Part shown: positions 1 through 9,434 of the stretch, piece after piece
Numbering within the stretch: the first letter of the stretch is position 1
Layout of the letters: every line of letters begins with the position of its first letter
NCBI GenBank assembly: GCA_049517415.1
Contig: JBEKSC010000011.1
Location: 2,781-66,780, forward strand
DNA: 64,000 bases
Direction: 5' to 3'
Source: Candidatus Bathyarchaeia archaeon
GTDB taxonomy: Archaea > Thermoproteota > Bathyarchaeia > 40CM-2-53-6
Made by a program: the position numbers and the translations under genes
The notes under the pieces: model-generated
The model's input: the letters and a program-made list of their open reading frames with translations, nothing else
Told to the model about the DNA's origin: nothing
Databases searched by the model: none

Positions 1-18
1 CAGTTAGACTCCTCCCGC

Positions 19-723
19 TTGGAAAGGGAGAAGATGTCTGCTGCAAAGTTGGGTGCTGCGGCGAACTTTGCTGGAGTTTTGAGACGGGCGGTTCCTTTCA
101 TTCGGACGGTTGCTGTTACTGGCAGCGTAGCATACGGGAGCGCCGATAAATGGGATGACATCGACCTTTTCATCGTCACGGGGCGAAATAGGCTCTGGCT
201 CAGCGCATTCATGACTTTGATCCTAGTTAGGTTGAACAAGCTCCTGGATCTGGGGTCTCCTCACCTGTCGCTCTTTTGTCTGAGCTACGTCCACGACGAG
301 GAAGGTTTCGAAGAGGAGTCTCAGATGAACAGGAGGAATCCACTATTTGCCCGCGAACTCCTCAAAGCAAGACCTGTAGCGGGTTTGGATCATTACAGGA
401 AGATTTTGGAAAGTAACGACTGGGTCGGAGTTTTCTATTCGGTACCCTACGCTGCGAAGCTCATGGAATTGACGGATGGGATTGATGGACCGATGGTTGA
501 GACGAAGTACAGGTCAAGGTGGTTTTCTTTCCCACTAGACTGGGCCGAAGCCATCGCGTACGTTCTCCTGAGCCGATATCTCCGCATCAGGGCATACCTG
601 ACCAACTTAAGGCTAAAATCGCAGGGGCAAAACTTCCGTGTATTTGAACCAAAGATAAGCGCAGTCTCGTGTGTCTACACTTCGAATTTCTATGAGTGGC
701 TCCGAGCATTGTGGGAAGAATAA
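19..723 (+). CDS. nucleotidyltransferase-fold protein (hypothetical)
   Basis: 234-aa ORF. VTGSVAYGSADKWDDIDLFIV resembles the GS...DxD pol-beta-type NTase signature. TTG start at 19, with an alternative in-frame ATG at 34. Confidence 0.5.
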   Translation: MEREKMSAAKLGAAANFAGVLRRAVPFIRTVAVTGSVAYGSADKWDDIDLFIVTGRNRLWLSAFMTLILVRLNKLLDLGSPHLSLFCLSYVHDEEGFEEESQMNRRNPLFARELLKARPVAGLDHYRKILESNDWVGVFYSVPYAAKLMELTDGIDGPMVETKYRSRWFSFPLDWAEAIAYVLLSRYLRIRAYLTNLRLKSQGQNFRVFEPKISAVSCVYTSNFYEWLRALWEE

Positions 724-756
724 CCTATTCTCGGACAGGAGGTTTGGTTTCGTACT

Positions 757-1713
757 ATGAGCCGGAGTGTTGTGCTACCCGAAAAGATCAGGCTTGACGT
801 AGGCTTTTCGATCGGCATCTGCGCTGCTGACTCGGCGGCAAATTTGGGCAGGTTGCTAGAGCTGATTGAGAACGAGACATATCCCTCCGCCTTCACTTTG
901 GAGAAAGTGGTCCTAATTGCGAGCGGCTGTGATCCTGAGGCAATGACGCATGTTCGAGAACTTGCTGATCGTGACGGGCGATTTCTCCTGATTGAGGAAC
1001 CCACTAGGAGGGGCAAATCTGCTGCGATAAATCAAATCATAGAGAATTTTAATGGACGTTTCTTGGTCCTAGTAAATTCCGACGCGCTTCCCGAGTCTGG
1101 TGCGATATCATCTTTACTACAGGAAATAGTGGAAGACAAGGATATCGGGATGGTTTCCGCGTCTCCCATAGTAGCTGGCAAACCTGGCATTACAAGCAGC
1201 GTATTGCAGCTAATGTGGGGCACACATAACGAGTGCTTGATTAGACTTAGCGATAATGAGCGAAACAATCACTGTTGTGACGAACTCCTAGTCGTCAGAT
1301 CCGAGGCATTGCGTAAGCTGCCCCCCGACACGGTAAACGACGGTGCATACTTGGCTGGCAACGCCTACCAAGCTGGTTACTCAGTTAAGTTCTGTGAACT
1401 TGCAAGAGTCAAAATAGATGTACCCGGAAGCTTCATTGACCTGATTCGCCAGCGCAGGCGAATAGTGTACGGGCACGTTCAGATCTGGAAATCTGTCGGT
1501 GAATCGCCTCGCACCTTGGAATCTATGCTGCTAGGGAACCCGCTTCTAAGCCTCTCAATTCTGATCCACACGCTAGCCAAATCCCCAAGGCTAGTGTTAG
1601 CCCTGCCTGTGGCCTTGATCGGCGAAGCCGTGTCCATTATTCTTGCCATTGGCGATAACCTAAGCTCGACCAAGAAACACACAACCTGGGATAGGTTTGG
1701 CAGTCGCTCCTGA
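757..1713 (+). CDS. family 2 glycosyltransferase
   Basis: 318-aa ORF with an ATG start. N-terminal Rossmann-like GT-A region (FSIGICAADSAANLGRLLELI), a VNSDA acidic motif and C-terminal TM helices. Sits in a glycosylation gene context. Confidence 0.7.
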   Translation: MSRSVVLPEKIRLDVGFSIGICAADSAANLGRLLELIENETYPSAFTLEKVVLIASGCDPEAMTHVRELADRDGRFLLIEEPTRRGKSAAINQIIENFNGRFLVLVNSDALPESGAISSLLQEIVEDKDIGMVSASPIVAGKPGITSSVLQLMWGTHNECLIRLSDNERNNHCCDELLVVRSEALRKLPPDTVNDGAYLAGNAYQAGYSVKFCELARVKIDVPGSFIDLIRQRRRIVYGHVQIWKSVGESPRTLESMLLGNPLLSLSILIHTLAKSPRLVLALPVALIGEAVSIILAIGDNLSSTKKHTTWDRFGSRS

Positions 1714-1732
1714 GGCTTAGGAGGGAACTCGC

Positions 1733-2971
1733 TTGGGAATACAGTCGCAAGAATTTTCCGACGCGGTGCTGTGGAATACTATTAAGTTGATTACCGAAGG
1801 AAGGGCCACAAGGCTGCCCCATGTCGTCGAGATTCGCTTTTCATTCCTAAATGGCTCTTTCTTTGTATTTGCAGGCGACGCTAACAGCGACTGGGTTCTG
1901 AATGCTCTGAACAACACCAGCGCCAAAGTGAGGACCCAGGATCTGCTATACAGTGTAGTGGCAAGGGTCGCAACACAAGATGAGGAGGCGGGAGCGCTCG
2001 AGGCTTTTGCCTCCAAGTACGGAGGCAGGGTCGTGAGGGACTGGTATTCTAACCCAGCAGCTTGTATTTGCCTAACACCCGAAGGTCCGCCCACGCACAG
2101 AGGTGCCGTAAAGGGCGAGGGTGGAGCAACGACGACATACCAGGAATGGGTAGCACAAAACCAGGATTATTACCAAGGCATAGCCGCTGCCTTCGATTCC
2201 GCATCAGAGGAATACGATTTCACGATACGCCACAATTACATCAACACGTGGATTCGAAAGCGTTCGATTCGAGAACTACTCAAGCTTGCGAAACCGGAAG
2301 ACACCCTTCTGGAAGTCGGTTGCGGCACAGGTGCTGAGGCGATAGAAGTTTCTAGGTACGTCTCAAGAATAATTGCCACAGATATTTCGGACAAAATGAT
2401 TGAGATCTTGAACAAAAAGGTAGAAGCTCGGGGGCTTTCTGAGAGGATAGTTCCTCTGCATGTAAGGGCAGCGAACATATCCAAAGTGGTCGAAGGTACG
2501 ATAGGTGGCAAGGTCAGGTTGGCGTATTCTTTCAACGGGGCCCTAAACTCTGAACCCGAGTTGGACCATTTTGTGAATGGGCTTTCGTCAATCCTGGTGC
2601 CCGGCGGCTATTTCATTTGTTCCATAAGGAACTCTTTTTGCCTCAGCGAAGCACTATCCCACGCAGTCGTTCTCCAATTCGAGAAGATGGCGCCGAGAAA
2701 GAAACAACCGATTATGGTTTCGGTTGGGGGCATGGATATACCTGCGTTCTATTACCCGCCGGCAGCCTTCTCGAGCTTCTTCTCCACGAAATTCGAGCTT
2801 AAGAAACTCGTCGGACTGCCAGCCTTCTTGCCACCGGCCTATCTGAGCGATTACTACATCAAATTCAAGAACGTCGCCTCAATGCTTGAGAAATTTGAAT
2901 GGGCTCTAGGAGGCCATTTCCCCTTCAACAGGGTGGGCGATCAAAGCCTCTTCGTCTTTCAGAAGCGGTAG
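1733..2971 (+). CDS. fusion protein: N-terminal DUF385/deazaflavin-nitroreductase-like split-barrel domain plus class I SAM-dependent methyltransferase
   Basis: 412 aa. The N-terminus (TEGRATRLPHVVEIRFSFLNGSFFVFAGDANSDWVLNA...ARVATQDE) follows the pattern of the F420H2-dependent/DUF385 family. The centre carries SAM motif I (LLEVGCGTGAEAIEV). TTG start. Confidence 0.65.
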   Translation: MGIQSQEFSDAVLWNTIKLITEGRATRLPHVVEIRFSFLNGSFFVFAGDANSDWVLNALNNTSAKVRTQDLLYSVVARVATQDEEAGALEAFASKYGGRVVRDWYSNPAACICLTPEGPPTHRGAVKGEGGATTTYQEWVAQNQDYYQGIAAAFDSASEEYDFTIRHNYINTWIRKRSIRELLKLAKPEDTLLEVGCGTGAEAIEVSRYVSRIIATDISDKMIEILNKKVEARGLSERIVPLHVRAANISKVVEGTIGGKVRLAYSFNGALNSEPELDHFVNGLSSILVPGGYFICSIRNSFCLSEALSHAVVLQFEKMAPRKKQPIMVSVGGMDIPAFYYPPAAFSSFFSTKFELKKLVGLPAFLPPAYLSDYYIKFKNVASMLEKFEWALGGHFPFNRVGDQSLFVFQKR

Positions 2972-2993
2972 TAACGGAAAGGGAAAATGGACG

Positions 2994-4379
2994 GTGTGGA
3001 CATCTCAAACAGCGTTGACTAGAATACTTGGTCAAAATAAAGTGGCAATCACTCTGCTTCTCGGCCTTATGATACGTGAGATTTTCTCTTTTTGGACCGG
3101 GCATCCTTTTGATTTCGAACTGTGGGTACGTCTCGGGTACGCAATGGTCCACGGAGGGGACCCTTACGGATCTCTACCGCCAGTGCCTGGACTTAGTTTC
3201 GCGAACATATATTCATCACAAAACAGTGCGACTGTAGGATACCTCCCATTCTGGCCCATACTGACCGGTTTGCTATACCTTGTCTACTCCACCGTCGGCT
3301 TCGGTAACCGATTCGTGTATTATTTTCTTCTGAAACAACCTGTGATTATGGGCGATCTAGCCCTAGCATACCTGCTGTTTTCGTATATCTCCTCAAGGAC
3401 CGTTGAGCACAATGCTCGCGTTTGGGCGCTGTGCTTCTGGCTTTTCTCACCATTCACAATAATCCTTTCAGGAATCTGGGGAATGTTTGACCCGATCGCC
3501 ATGTCTTTCATCATGATTTCAATTATGACAGCAAACTTAACGAAACGAGGTTTCTGGTCAGGCCTCAGTATATTTGCAAAGTCGCTGGCTATCATTTACG
3601 CAGTCCCAATAACGTTCGGAAAAACGCGAAATTGGTGGCCTGTTTGTCTGGCAGTTGCACTACCCGCTCTCGCCTCCATTCTCACTATCAGGGTAATGGG
3701 TTGGTCTCTTTCCACCGCCTTGGGAACACTTGCATCGACGGTAGGCAAAGGCGGAGCCCTCGGCTCAATGTCTGCTTGGGACGTGTTGGCATATCTATTC
3801 TACTTAGGAATCTATCCGCCATTATCGCAGAACGCTTACAGAATATTGGGCTTCATTTGGATCCCCGCCGTCGTCGCATTTACAATCTTGGCATTTCGCA
3901 AACTTGGTTTCGGAACTGATTACGGACTTATCCAATCGATGCTTGTTGTGACCCTCGCTTTTCTCATTTTCAAGGCTCGAGTGACCGAACAATATTCTAT
4001 CTACCTTGTGGCTTTGGGCGTACTAGACGTAGCCTTATGGAACCCTAAACGAAAACGCCTCCTCACAGCCACTGTGATCACGGTCTTGTTCTACCTCATC
4101 TTGAACAACTATCTCCTGGTCAGATTTCTCTCACCTATCTATGCCAACTATCCGGAATTCGAAATCGCGCTAAGTCAAATAGAACCGATCAGAGTCACAT
4201 TGCTACTAGTCTCCGGGATAGCTTTCACATGGCTCAACGTAAGATACCTGATCAGCATTCTGACAAGCAAGCAATCTCCGACAGGTACGAGAAAAGGCGC
4301 CAAGCCTGAGATTAGTTTACTCGGTGCGTATTTGCGTCCGATCAATTGGAAGATGATTCACAGCAAACAGCGAAGGTAA
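2994..4379 (+). CDS. polytopic membrane protein, GT-C-like glycosyl/mannosyltransferase candidate
   Basis: 461 aa with more than 10 predicted hydrophobic helices and a GTG start. Located between GT2 genes. The function call is contextual. Confidence 0.5.
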   Translation: MWTSQTALTRILGQNKVAITLLLGLMIREIFSFWTGHPFDFELWVRLGYAMVHGGDPYGSLPPVPGLSFANIYSSQNSATVGYLPFWPILTGLLYLVYSTVGFGNRFVYYFLLKQPVIMGDLALAYLLFSYISSRTVEHNARVWALCFWLFSPFTIILSGIWGMFDPIAMSFIMISIMTANLTKRGFWSGLSIFAKSLAIIYAVPITFGKTRNWWPVCLAVALPALASILTIRVMGWSLSTALGTLASTVGKGGALGSMSAWDVLAYLFYLGIYPPLSQNAYRILGFIWIPAVVAFTILAFRKLGFGTDYGLIQSMLVVTLAFLIFKARVTEQYSIYLVALGVLDVALWNPKRKRLLTATVITVLFYLILNNYLLVRFLSPIYANYPEFEIALSQIEPIRVTLLLVSGIAFTWLNVRYLISILTSKQSPTGTRKGAKPEISLLGAYLRPINWKMIHSKQRR

Positions 4380-4480
4380 ACAACAGTCCCCTAGTGTATC
4401 CGAAGACAATTGCGGTAATTTCAACGGCGCCTAACGTTAAGGCTAGTATCCCGAATGGCAAAGCTGACGCCAAAATGTGT

Positions 4481-5413
4481 TCAGCATGTGATCCGGATTC
4501 CCTCGATGTATCCCTTAGCAAGGCTAAGGACGAGCTGTCTCCTAGATTTGCTGCGCAAAAGATATGCAAGCAAATTTGGAATAATGAACCTCGACGATTC
4601 CATCACTGCACGTAGCATGAAGAGTCTCTTCTTCCCGTGAAGCAAATGCATAATTATGAACCAGTCTCGAATTTCGAATCGCACACGTTCGGGATCAGCC
4701 GCACCATGCGTAGCCCACCAACCCATTTTCCCAGGTGGCTCAACGTCGTGATAGATGAATGAGCCTGTGAACGAAAGCACCTGCCAACCCTTCGATTTCA
4801 ACCTCAGAGAGAGATCCATAGAACTGTTTACCACCAATCGTTCATCAAAACCGCCAACATCTTCGAGCGCTTTTCTTCGAATCATCGACGCGTTTGGGAG
4901 CGCATCCGTAAGAAGAAGTCTGTTTTCCAAAGATGCATTGCGCCGAAGGTTCCGACCTATTAGATTGAACCTCGGTCCCGATTTTAGGAATTGCGCGGCG
5001 TACACCCATACGAGGCTTGGCTTGGATTTGTAAAGGACTGCTGGCATAATTGCCCCCACCTTAGGCATCCTCGAAATAGTCTGGTAAACTCGTGGTATCG
5101 TTTCCTCATCTACAACGTTATCGTCATCTATGAAAAACGCAAATTCTGTTGTCGCATCTCTCCATCCTATGTTCTTGGCTCTCGAGATGAAAGCCCGGTC
5201 TTTGAGCACTATGTGCTTCAGATTCAGGCTACGGAAACTTGAGGCAATCCTAACCGGCTTTTCGGAATCATCAACAACAATCACGGACTCTATTTCGTGT
5301 GGTTGGCACTTCTCTATGCTTTCCAAGAGTGTCCCAAGCTTCCCGTACCTGTCGTGGGTAGGAATCACGACAGTAACTGGCCCGGATTTCATATTGGTCT
5401 CACTAGGTAGCAA
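4481..5413 (-). CDS. family 2 glycosyltransferase
   Basis: 310 aa. VTVVIPTHDRYGKLGTLLESI...VIVVDDSE and FIDDDN (DxD) are typical of GT2. Confidence 0.8.
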   Translation of the reverse strand: MLPSETNMKSGPVTVVIPTHDRYGKLGTLLESIEKCQPHEIESVIVVDDSEKPVRIASSFRSLNLKHIVLKDRAFISRAKNIGWRDATTEFAFFIDDDNVVDEETIPRVYQTISRMPKVGAIMPAVLYKSKPSLVWVYAAQFLKSGPRFNLIGRNLRRNASLENRLLLTDALPNASMIRRKALEDVGGFDERLVVNSSMDLSLRLKSKGWQVLSFTGSFIYHDVEPPGKMGWWATHGAADPERVRFEIRDWFIIMHLLHGKKRLFMLRAVMESSRFIIPNLLAYLLRSKSRRQLVLSLAKGYIEGIRITC

Positions 5414-5770
5414 TCGCTCTGAACAGTTACCTGATGGTTCTAACCTTCGTCATGTTGATTAGTTTGTTTTTGCCGAATCTTATGCGGTCATCTTCTCTTA
5501 CGGAATAAAGGCTATCCTGGGCTCGTTGAGGTATGCGGGTACGATATTCCCCGAATCGTTCGAAACTGGAACAAGCCTGCGATCTTAAGCTCAGCCAAAA
5601 GATCAGGGCCGCAAGAGAAGCCGATAGTGCACGCGCACGCTTGGAGGGACCCCCCAGGGGGGTGGTGCATTTTTTGGGGTTAAGAGGGGTTGATTTTGCT
5701 GTTTCCCGGGGACCTGGGTAACATGTAACCGAGCAGGCAAATGGGGTCTGGTAGCGGACAATGTGTGCGC

Positions 5771-6622
5771 CTAGGCTGGCTTTAGCATAATCAAGACTTG
5801 GGAAGCAACATACATGAACACTAATCCGAGAATTATGGCGAAGGGTAAGCCTGGAAACATGTCCCGCCCTTCAAGCATTTTGAAGCCAAGGTAAGCGCCA
5901 ATTACCAAACCCACAGCCGCGGCGAGGAATGGGATTGGCCCAAAACTGATCATTGAGTTGCTCGCGAGCATAGAGTAGAACACCATATCCCCCATCCCCA
6001 CCGTCAAATCACCGTACGTAAAAACGGCCCCCGTAAATTCTTCGAGGTTAGTTGATTGCGCCATCTTCCCTATTGGGCCCTTGTAGACTGCGAAGAGGTC
6101 ATAGCCCGCTAAGGCCAGCAAGAGCACGACCGCAGTCAATGTGGGTATGGAGACGCCCAGAAATGTCCCCGTGAGTCCGCCAATCAGAACTATGCCAACC
6201 AAATGCAGAGCCCCCTTCGCCTTGTAGATCAGAAGCCCTAGTGCAACAGCGCCTAGGAGGCTGACGAGGAGCCAGCCCCAGCTTGTCGAGGTCACGAAGG
6301 AAGGCAAGTAGTTTGCGTACAAGGATCCGTACCATGTGATCAGGAAGAATAGGAGGGCGAGGAGAGCGATGTTGATAAGGTATCTGACTAGGCGTTTCAA
6401 CCCGAATTTTATGAATAGGTACATGATCGTACCCGTAGCGGCCATCAGAACCACGAAGATGCTGGCGTTCAGCGTAATCCCGGTTGTTGTCTCTGGGAAG
6501 ATGGTTATGGGAACAATGGGCGCATTGGATGATTGAAGGCCAAACGTCAGCAGCCCTGCGAGGGCGATGGCGCAGATTTCAGGGGCTAGTTGGCTTGGCT
6601 TCGCCTTGAATTTCTTACCCAA
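5771..6622 (-). CDS. presenilin/signal-peptide-peptidase family intramembrane aspartyl protease (A22)
   Basis: 283 aa, polytopic. Catalytic YD (AGYDLFAVY) and GxGD (VGMGDMVFYS) motifs, plus a PAL-like PGLPF near the C-terminus. Confidence 0.8.
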   Translation of the reverse strand: MGKKFKAKPSQLAPEICAIALAGLLTFGLQSSNAPIVPITIFPETTTGITLNASIFVVLMAATGTIMYLFIKFGLKRLVRYLINIALLALLFFLITWYGSLYANYLPSFVTSTSWGWLLVSLLGAVALGLLIYKAKGALHLVGIVLIGGLTGTFLGVSIPTLTAVVLLLALAGYDLFAVYKGPIGKMAQSTNLEEFTGAVFTYGDLTVGMGDMVFYSMLASNSMISFGPIPFLAAAVGLVIGAYLGFKMLEGRDMFPGLPFAIILGLVFMYVASQVLIMLKPA

Positions 6623-7130
6623 CTTTCCGCCTCACTAAGTCCGAATGGCATTCCTTGCAGAAGTTTGAACTCTTCCTATCCGTGTCGCCAATATGTTCAG
6701 AGAAATGCATCACGCATAACGAGTCAGGGCAATGCTTGAGTCCCTGCGTGTGGCCTATTTCATGCACCGATTCCTTGAGCACGCGTTCTCGAAACAAGCT
6801 TTGGTCCTTCGGGGATGGTTTTAGTCGCTTGGTCGAAATAACCGCCACGTAGCCTGGGCAGCGGGCTTCGCCGAATACGAAGTTCATCCCTGGGACGAAC
6901 AGGTCAAAGGATGTAACGCCCAACAATCTATCCGCGGGAACAGTGCGCAGATGCTGCTCCAAAAGTACAAGCAGACGAGTGGAATGATACTGCCCACGCA
7001 ATGAATCGTAAGCCTCAGACGGATCAAGTAGAGGACGCATAGTTTCCAACGCGAAACCAGGAAAACTTTTGGCGAATTCCTTCTTGAAGGTGCCAAGAGG
7101 GTAATCGCTCGTTGACCCAACTTGAATCAC
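6615..7130 (-). CDS. amzA: archaemetzincin (zinc metallopeptidase)
   Basis: HEIGHTQGLKHC followed by CPDSLCVMHFS...FCKEC (HExxHxxGxxH plus Cys motifs). The tracked ORF (to 7271) overlaps the upstream gene. A GTG at 7130 just after that gene's stop gives the usual family length, but the start is uncertain. Confidence 0.8.
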   Translation of the reverse strand: MIQVGSTSDYPLGTFKKEFAKSFPGFALETMRPLLDPSEAYDSLRGQYHSTRLLVLLEQHLRTVPADRLLGVTSFDLFVPGMNFVFGEARCPGYVAVISTKRLKPSPKDQSLFRERVLKESVHEIGHTQGLKHCPDSLCVMHFSEHIGDTDRKSSNFCKECHSDLVRRKVG

Positions 7131-7140
7131 TGCGAGAACC

Positions 7141-8397
7141 TCAGAGGTCGTAGGTCTCACCTGGTCGAGGAATTGATGTCTGGAGACCCAATTCTTGAGA
7201 TGCCCATTCCGCCAGATGCTTACAGTTTCCCTCTTCGCCGTGAATGACGAAGACTCGAGTTTTCTTATCAACTTCTTTCAGTGTCTCCTCGAGTTGTGTC
7301 TTTCCGCCGTGTGAAGAGAAATCAAATTTCTCAACTCGGGCACTGACTTTCCTTGCTTTTCCGTGCAAAATGAATTGGCCCTCGTCCAAGAGTATCCTGC
7401 CTGGCGAGCCTTGGACTTGATAGCTTACGAGAAAGATTCCGTTATCCTGGTTACTGGCGATGTTTTCCATGTAGAAGACGGATGCCCCTCCTTTGAGCAT
7501 TCCGGCAGGTGATACTATCACTCCCTCAGTTCGGGCCGCACGTCTCCTGTCGTGCCAGTTCTTGATTTGCTCAGCTTCCTTCATGGCTCTCCGGAACAGC
7601 TGTTCGTCTTTCAGTGCTTTCGGATGTTCCTCTAGCATTCTAATCGCGTCCAGTGCCATGCCGTCGACGAAGACTTTGTGATTGAAGTTGTGGTCGGCGA
7701 GCATGCAAATGATTTCCTGGGACCGGCCAACGCCGAAGGCTGGAACAAGGACGGTTCCACCTCCTTCAACAACTTCCTTGCAGGCCAAGACGAAGTTGCG
7801 CTCAGACTCAGCTCTGTCCGGATGGTCACTCATGGCGTATGTGCTCTCGATTACTATTGCGTCTAGGTTCCCGTATTCCCTGTCAGCACCAGGAACGAGG
7901 TGAGTCGGAATCAAGTTAAAGTCACCTGTATAGAGCACGCGTCTAGCATCATTTTTGACAATTACCTGCGCGCTGCCAGGAATATGGCCGGCGTTGATCA
8001 TGGTGATTTCAGAGTCGCCTGCCTCGAATTTTGAATGGTATTCAACGGGCACGGCGTGGTTCATCATGGTTTCGAGATCCATGTATTCGTACGGCAGGAA
8101 GTAACCACTAAGTTTGATCATATCCCGCACCAATACTCTGGTCAGTTTGAAGGTCGGTTCAACAGCATAGACTGGTAGTTTTGAGTGAACGTAGAAAAGA
8201 GGGATCAGCCCACTGTGGTCGAGGTGAGCATGCGTCAGGATGACTGCGTCCAAGTCCCTTGGTGAAACGTGAACCGGGAAGCCTATGTCGTGGTTTATCA
8301 TGACGCCGTAATCCATCAGGATTTGGCTACGGGCGCCTTTGACCGCAATTGCGGACCTACCTACTTCTTGGCATGCGCCTAAAAATCGAAGTTGCAT
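7141..8397 (-). CDS. beta-CASP metallo-beta-lactamase ribonuclease (aCPSF2-type, no KH domains)
   Basis: 418 aa. MBL motif HAHLDHSG with downstream beta-CASP-like His/Asp motifs. Length fits aCPSF2. Confidence 0.8.
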   Translation of the reverse strand: MQLRFLGACQEVGRSAIAVKGARSQILMDYGVMINHDIGFPVHVSPRDLDAVILTHAHLDHSGLIPLFYVHSKLPVYAVEPTFKLTRVLVRDMIKLSGYFLPYEYMDLETMMNHAVPVEYHSKFEAGDSEITMINAGHIPGSAQVIVKNDARRVLYTGDFNLIPTHLVPGADREYGNLDAIVIESTYAMSDHPDRAESERNFVLACKEVVEGGGTVLVPAFGVGRSQEIICMLADHNFNHKVFVDGMALDAIRMLEEHPKALKDEQLFRRAMKEAEQIKNWHDRRRAARTEGVIVSPAGMLKGGASVFYMENIASNQDNGIFLVSYQVQGSPGRILLDEGQFILHGKARKVSARVEKFDFSSHGGKTQLEETLKEVDKKTRVFVIHGEEGNCKHLAEWASQELGLQTSIPRPGETYDL

Positions 8398-8469
8398 TCG
8401 TTATCAGCTAATCTAATCATGAACCTAACTTATGGTTTGTAATTGGCACACTAATGTATGAATGTTGCA

Positions 8470-9336
8470 TTAACCATACAAGCCACGCAGTGAGCGGGCA
8501 GTTTGCTGCATCCGCTTATCAATTTCCTCCTCGATATCCTCAGCATCGTACTCCAAGTCTCTGACATCGACTTTTAGCCCGTACGCTTTTGACACCGCCC
8601 TGATCGCAGTCGCTGCGGCCTTAGGGTCCGCGTGTTCAGCTGAGGCGTAAGGGAGTACTGCAACGGCGGGAAAGCTCAGCTTCTCGAATTCCCCTAACAT
8701 GACGGCCAACGGGCCGTAAACGAATAAGCCCGGTTCGAGTCTTGGATGTTTCATCTTCTTTGTTTTCACAGGGTAGTCGCCTGTTGTAACTATTCTGACG
8801 CCGTCCTTGCCGGATTTCAGAGCTCCGTCTAGGCCCCCGATGAGAATAGCGTCTTTGAATTTGCTTTCTACAGCCCATCGTGCAAGAGTCTTGGCGAATT
8901 CCGCCTCCTCCGCTCTATGCGGGGAAAACTCCAATTTCACAAGCACTATTCTTCCAGCTCGGTAAACCTCGAATGGCGTCACTAAACCATCTTCGGAAGT
9001 TGCGATAAATGGGGGCGGGTGTGCTACGTCGACGAATCCAATTCTCTTCGCATTCAACGCATGAACGAGATAGGAGACAGAGATGTATCCTGTTTCACCC
9101 ACGCCGTGAAAACCTGTTACGAGGGTGCAGTTGCGAAGTTTGCTGGTTCGCACCAAGAGGTTAACGGGCAAATGTGCTTCCTCGAACGTTCCCGAAAATT
9201 CCAGAATTCTCTCTGTGGACGAATGGCTAGACCGGTATAATAAGTTCGCTAGACAATGCACGCGAGAATTCAAATTGGAATCCGAAGAATCCGCATAGTC
9301 CTTTATCAGGTTCGGAAGGCTTCTTCTCAATCGCAT
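8470..9336 (-). CDS. PAC2-family proteasome assembly chaperone-like protein
   Basis: 288 aa. GFHGVGETGYISVSYLVHAL matches the PAC2/PbaA-type G-x-G-x-G-xxG N-terminal pattern. Confidence 0.6.
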   Translation of the reverse strand: MRLRRSLPNLIKDYADSSDSNLNSRVHCLANLLYRSSHSSTERILEFSGTFEEAHLPVNLLVRTSKLRNCTLVTGFHGVGETGYISVSYLVHALNAKRIGFVDVAHPPPFIATSEDGLVTPFEVYRAGRIVLVKLEFSPHRAEEAEFAKTLARWAVESKFKDAILIGGLDGALKSGKDGVRIVTTGDYPVKTKKMKHPRLEPGLFVYGPLAVMLGEFEKLSFPAVAVLPYASAEHADPKAAATAIRAVSKAYGLKVDVRDLEYDAEDIEEEIDKRMQQTARSLRGLYG

Positions 9337-9434
9337 TCTCGAACCAGATTAGCCTTTAACCGTCAATGTGTTGGATAGAAGAATCCTTATTTACTGGCCG
9401 TTTTTATCCACACAGTCACCAGAGGTAACAAAAA

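Noticed and set aside
5600-5640. CAGGGCCGCAAGAGAAGCCGATAG resembles SRP helix 8 (CAGG-CCC-GGAA-GGG-AGCA).
   Set aside because: The stem around the GCAA tetraloop does not pair (GCC versus GAG). A TGTAAC motif lies downstream rather than upstream, so the order is wrong for SRP RNA.
5533-5721. 62-aa plus-strand ORF in the GT2/presenilin intergenic region.
   Set aside because: The Arg/Gly-rich sequence is driven by GC-rich palindromes, and the ORF has no RBS. The interval is better treated as a candidate structured RNA or terminator region (see findings).
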